The position numbers and the translations under genes were made by a program. 64,000 nucleotides of DNA from an uncultured Clostridia bacterium (lineage in GTDB: Bacteria > Bacillota > Clostridia > TANB77 > CAG-508), in contig CALXKK010000004.1 of NCBI GenBank assembly GCA_944388935.1, positions 17,732 to 81,731 on the forward strand. The letters run 5' to 3'. Position 1 is the stretch's first letter, and every line of letters begins with the position of its first letter. Shown piece after piece: positions 61,800-64,000 of this stretch. The notes under the pieces are model-generated. The model was not told the DNA's origin and made no database searches. It saw only the letters and a program-made list of their open reading frames with translations.

Positions 61800-61895
61800 C
61801 AAATTTTTTGGTAAAATGGTTGTAAAAATATATAGAAATTGATATACTTGTTACAGATTTTTATTATAAGTATATCAATTTTTTTTATTGGAGGT

Positions 61896-62294
61896 ATGGA
61901 AATGGACGAAAACAATGAAAACCTAGTAGAAAACATATTAAATGAAGAAGAAGATAACATAAATATTTATGAAGAAGTAGTAACAACAATAGCTGGAATT
62001 GCTGTTTCAGATATTTCTGGAGTAGCAGAAATGGCAGGCGGAATAGCAGGAGGAATCACAGAAGTTCTAAGCGGAAAGAAAAATTTAAGTAAGGGTATTA
62101 AAGCAGACATCGATGGAAATAATGTAAAAATAGATGTAAATATTATTGTAAATTATGGTGTCCGTATTCCAGATGTAGCTTTTGATATTCAAAACAAAGT
62201 AAAAAATTCTGTAGAAAGTATGACAGGTTTAAGAGTGGAAGAGGTTAATGTGCACGTTCAAGGCGTAAATATAGAACAAACAGAAGAAAACTAA
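61896..62294 (+). CDS. Asp23/Gls24 family protein
   Basis: VVTTIAGIA, YGVRIPDVA..IQ..VK..VESMTGL.V.EVNVHVQG. Confidence 0.9.
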   Translation: MEMDENNENLVENILNEEEDNINIYEEVVTTIAGIAVSDISGVAEMAGGIAGGITEVLSGKKNLSKGIKADIDGNNVKIDVNIIVNYGVRIPDVAFDIQNKVKNSVESMTGLRVEEVNVHVQGVNIEQTEEN

Positions 62295-62306
62295 GGAGGA
62301 ATACGA

Positions 62307-62861
62307 ATGAAAATTATAGATAGGTTTATATTAATTGTATTTTCAATATTAATATTTATATTAGCAGTAATAACTTCAAGCATAATATTTGGCTGGATAG
62401 ATTTAAATAATTTAACACCATATATAGATTCTGCACTATCAACAGAGCCAGCTTCAAACATAATATTAGGAGTTTCTATAGTATTATTATTAATGGCATT
62501 AAAAGCAATATTCTTTGGTGGAAAAGATGAACGAGCTACTAAAGATGGCATATTAATGGAAAATGATAATGGTAGATTATTAATTTCTAAGGATACATTA
62601 GAAAACTTAGTTGTAAATATTGTTAAAGGCTTCGATGGAACAGAAAATGTTGTAGCAAAAGTTGGATTGGATAAGGAAAACAATTTAAGAGTATATATTA
62701 CATTATATGTACATCCAAATGTTGTAATAAAAGATATAACAGCAAGTATTCAAAACAGAGTAAAAGAAGCAATAAAGAAAACATCAGACTTAGAAACTAA
62801 AGCAGTAAATGTAAGAGTTAGAAATATTACTCCAACAGTAGAAAACAATGTAGAAGGATAG
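62307..62861 (+). CDS. amaP: Alkaline shock response membrane anchor AmaP
   Basis: Two TMs, G.LLIS, position after the asp23-family gene. Confidence 0.75.
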   Translation: MKIIDRFILIVFSILIFILAVITSSIIFGWIDLNNLTPYIDSALSTEPASNIILGVSIVLLLMALKAIFFGGKDERATKDGILMENDNGRLLISKDTLENLVVNIVKGFDGTENVVAKVGLDKENNLRVYITLYVHPNVVIKDITASIQNRVKEAIKKTSDLETKAVNVRVRNITPTVENNVEG

Positions 62862-62862
62862 A

Positions 62863-62894
62863 AAGGGATTAAGGGACGGTCCTTAAAATCCCTT
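62863..62894 (+). repeat. REP-like palindromic unit
   Basis: AAGGGATT-aAGGGACGGTCCTtaa-AATCCCTT. Confidence 0.7.
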
Positions 62895-62945
62895 CTTAAT
62901 CTGTAGCAACATGTAATTTTGTGAGTAAGGAAGGAATGAGCGCAT

Positions 62946-63149
62946 ATGAATAATTTTAAAGATTTTGTTTCTGAATATAGTGGAGCTATAATAGGTGCTG
63001 TAATTGCAATTTTAATTTTATTAACAGGTTTATATAAATTGATAGTTGGCATTATTTTAATTGTATTAGGAATCTTTATAGGAAATTATATTCAAAGAAA
63101 TAAATATGCTGTAAAAGAAAAATTAAAAAATTTTATAGACAAAATGTAA
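62946..63149 (+). CDS. DUF2273 small membrane protein
   Basis: GAIIGAVIAILIL.TG; conserved amaP-DUF2273-nusB synteny. Confidence 0.8.
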   Translation: MNNFKDFVSEYSGAIIGAVIAILILLTGLYKLIVGIILIVLGIFIGNYIQRNKYAVKEKLKNFIDKM

Positions 63150-63161
63150 GAGGGGAATTAG

Positions 63162-63569
63162 ATGGAAAAATCAGCTAAAAGAGAATTAACATTTAAAATT
63201 TTATATAGTATTCAAATTAATAAAGAAATGAATGAAGAAGAGTTACAAGCACTTTTTGAAGAAAATAATTTAAAAGAAAAAGATAAAGAGAGTATCGAAA
63301 AAGATATAAATGGTATAAACGAAAATATAAATGATATAACAGAAAATATCTCTAAAAATCTTAAAGATAATTGGACTATAGATAGAATATCTAAGATTGA
63401 TAAAGCTTTATTAATGCTAGCTATATATGAAATTAAATACAAAAATATTCCTTTTAAAGTAGTTATAAATGAAGTTGTAGAACTTGCCAAAAAATATGGA
63501 GAAGATACATCTGCTTCATTTATTAATGGAGTATTAGCGAATGTTGTTAAGGAGTTAGATGTAAAATAA
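63162..63569 (+). CDS. nusB: Transcription antitermination factor NusB
   Basis: [30 protein letters not shown]. Confidence 0.95.
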   Translation: MEKSAKRELTFKILYSIQINKEMNEEELQALFEENNLKEKDKESIEKDINGINENINDITENISKNLKDNWTIDRISKIDKALLMLAIYEIKYKNIPFKVVINEVVELAKKYGEDTSASFINGVLANVVKELDVK

Positions 63570-64000
63570 TGGAATATAAAGCACTTTCAGTATCAGAATT
63601 AAATAGTTATATAAAAAATAAATTTGCAGATGACGAATATTTAAATAATATTTTGATAAAAGGGGAAATATCTAATTTTAAACATCATTATACAGGACAT
63701 ATGTATTTTACATTAAAAGATGACAATTCTTTAATTAAATGCATAATGTTTAAATCTTATACATCTAATTTAAAATTTGTACCAAAAGATGGAATGAGTG
63801 TACTTGCTTTTGGTACTGTTTCAGTTTTTGAAAGAGATGGAGTATACCAACTATATTGCAAGGCAATGCAAGAAGATGGTATGGGAAGTCTTTATAAAGC
63901 ATACGAAGAATTAAAAAACAAATTAGATAAAGAAGGATTATTTAGCCAAGAACATAAAAAGAAATTGCCAGTGATGCCTAAGATTATAGGTGTTTTAACT
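63569..64000 (+). CDS. xseA: Exodeoxyribonuclease VII large subunit (5' part, runs off the window)
   Basis: LSVSELNSYIK, GEISNFK.H.TGHMYFTLKD, G.YQLY, LDKEGLF...KK.LP..PK.IGVLT. Confidence 0.95.
   Translation, partial: MEYKALSVSELNSYIKNKFADDEYLNNILIKGEISNFKHHYTGHMYFTLKDDNSLIKCIMFKSYTSNLKFVPKDGMSVLAFGTVSVFERDGVYQLYCKAMQEDGMGSLYKAYEELKNKLDKEGLFSQEHKKKLPVMPKIIGVLT

Noticed and set aside
1-64000. CRISPR array or cas operon
   Set aside because: No regularly spaced repeat-spacer series was seen. The DUF2779 protein is only Cas4-like and there is no cas1/cas2.
1-64000. Host-wide TGA=Trp recoding
   Set aside because: Core genes have no internal TGA, and TGA serves as the natural stop at 26829-26831 (minus) and 45509-45511.

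Overview
Low-GC Firmicutes (Clostridia-like) chromosome segment with almost all genes on the + strand. About 1-26.8 kb is a defence island. It holds a NERD-helicase, a complete DpnII-type (GATC) R-M operon with an extra methyltransferase, and a metallophosphoesterase. These are followed by a five-gene module (giant alphaCTD/sigma4-like protein, PLD-SF2 helicase, small protein, CxC SMC/DndD-like ATPase, Dnd-associated-like protein) with no dndA/dndC in the window. Next come a decayed second copy of the DpnII locus, several nucleases, a DUF2779 protein, a WYL regulator and a SpoVK-like AAA ATPase. Four island promoters share an (G/T)CA-N5-TGACCA box just upstream of the -35. About 26.8-64 kb is mostly core genome: trimeric [FeFe]-hydrogenase, accDA-fabI, sortase B with its substrate, tRNA-Leu, BceRS/BceAB, Lsa-like ABC-F, and yloC-remA-rpoZ-gmk-priA-def-fmt-asp23-nusB-xseA. 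The most striking unexplained structure is a pair of GC-rich, minus-strand, single-gene cassettes (about 46.5-47.2 kb and 50.9-51.7 kb). They encode paralogous unknown GLHDGHYQ proteins and share a conserved promoter/leader and a covarying 3' hairpin, and one copy separates bceRS from bceAB. Also seen are a REP-like GGACGG hairpin family, a multi-hairpin element after fabI, and several in-frame TGA codons at Trp positions in island pseudogenes. All calls come from reading motifs by eye; no database search was run.
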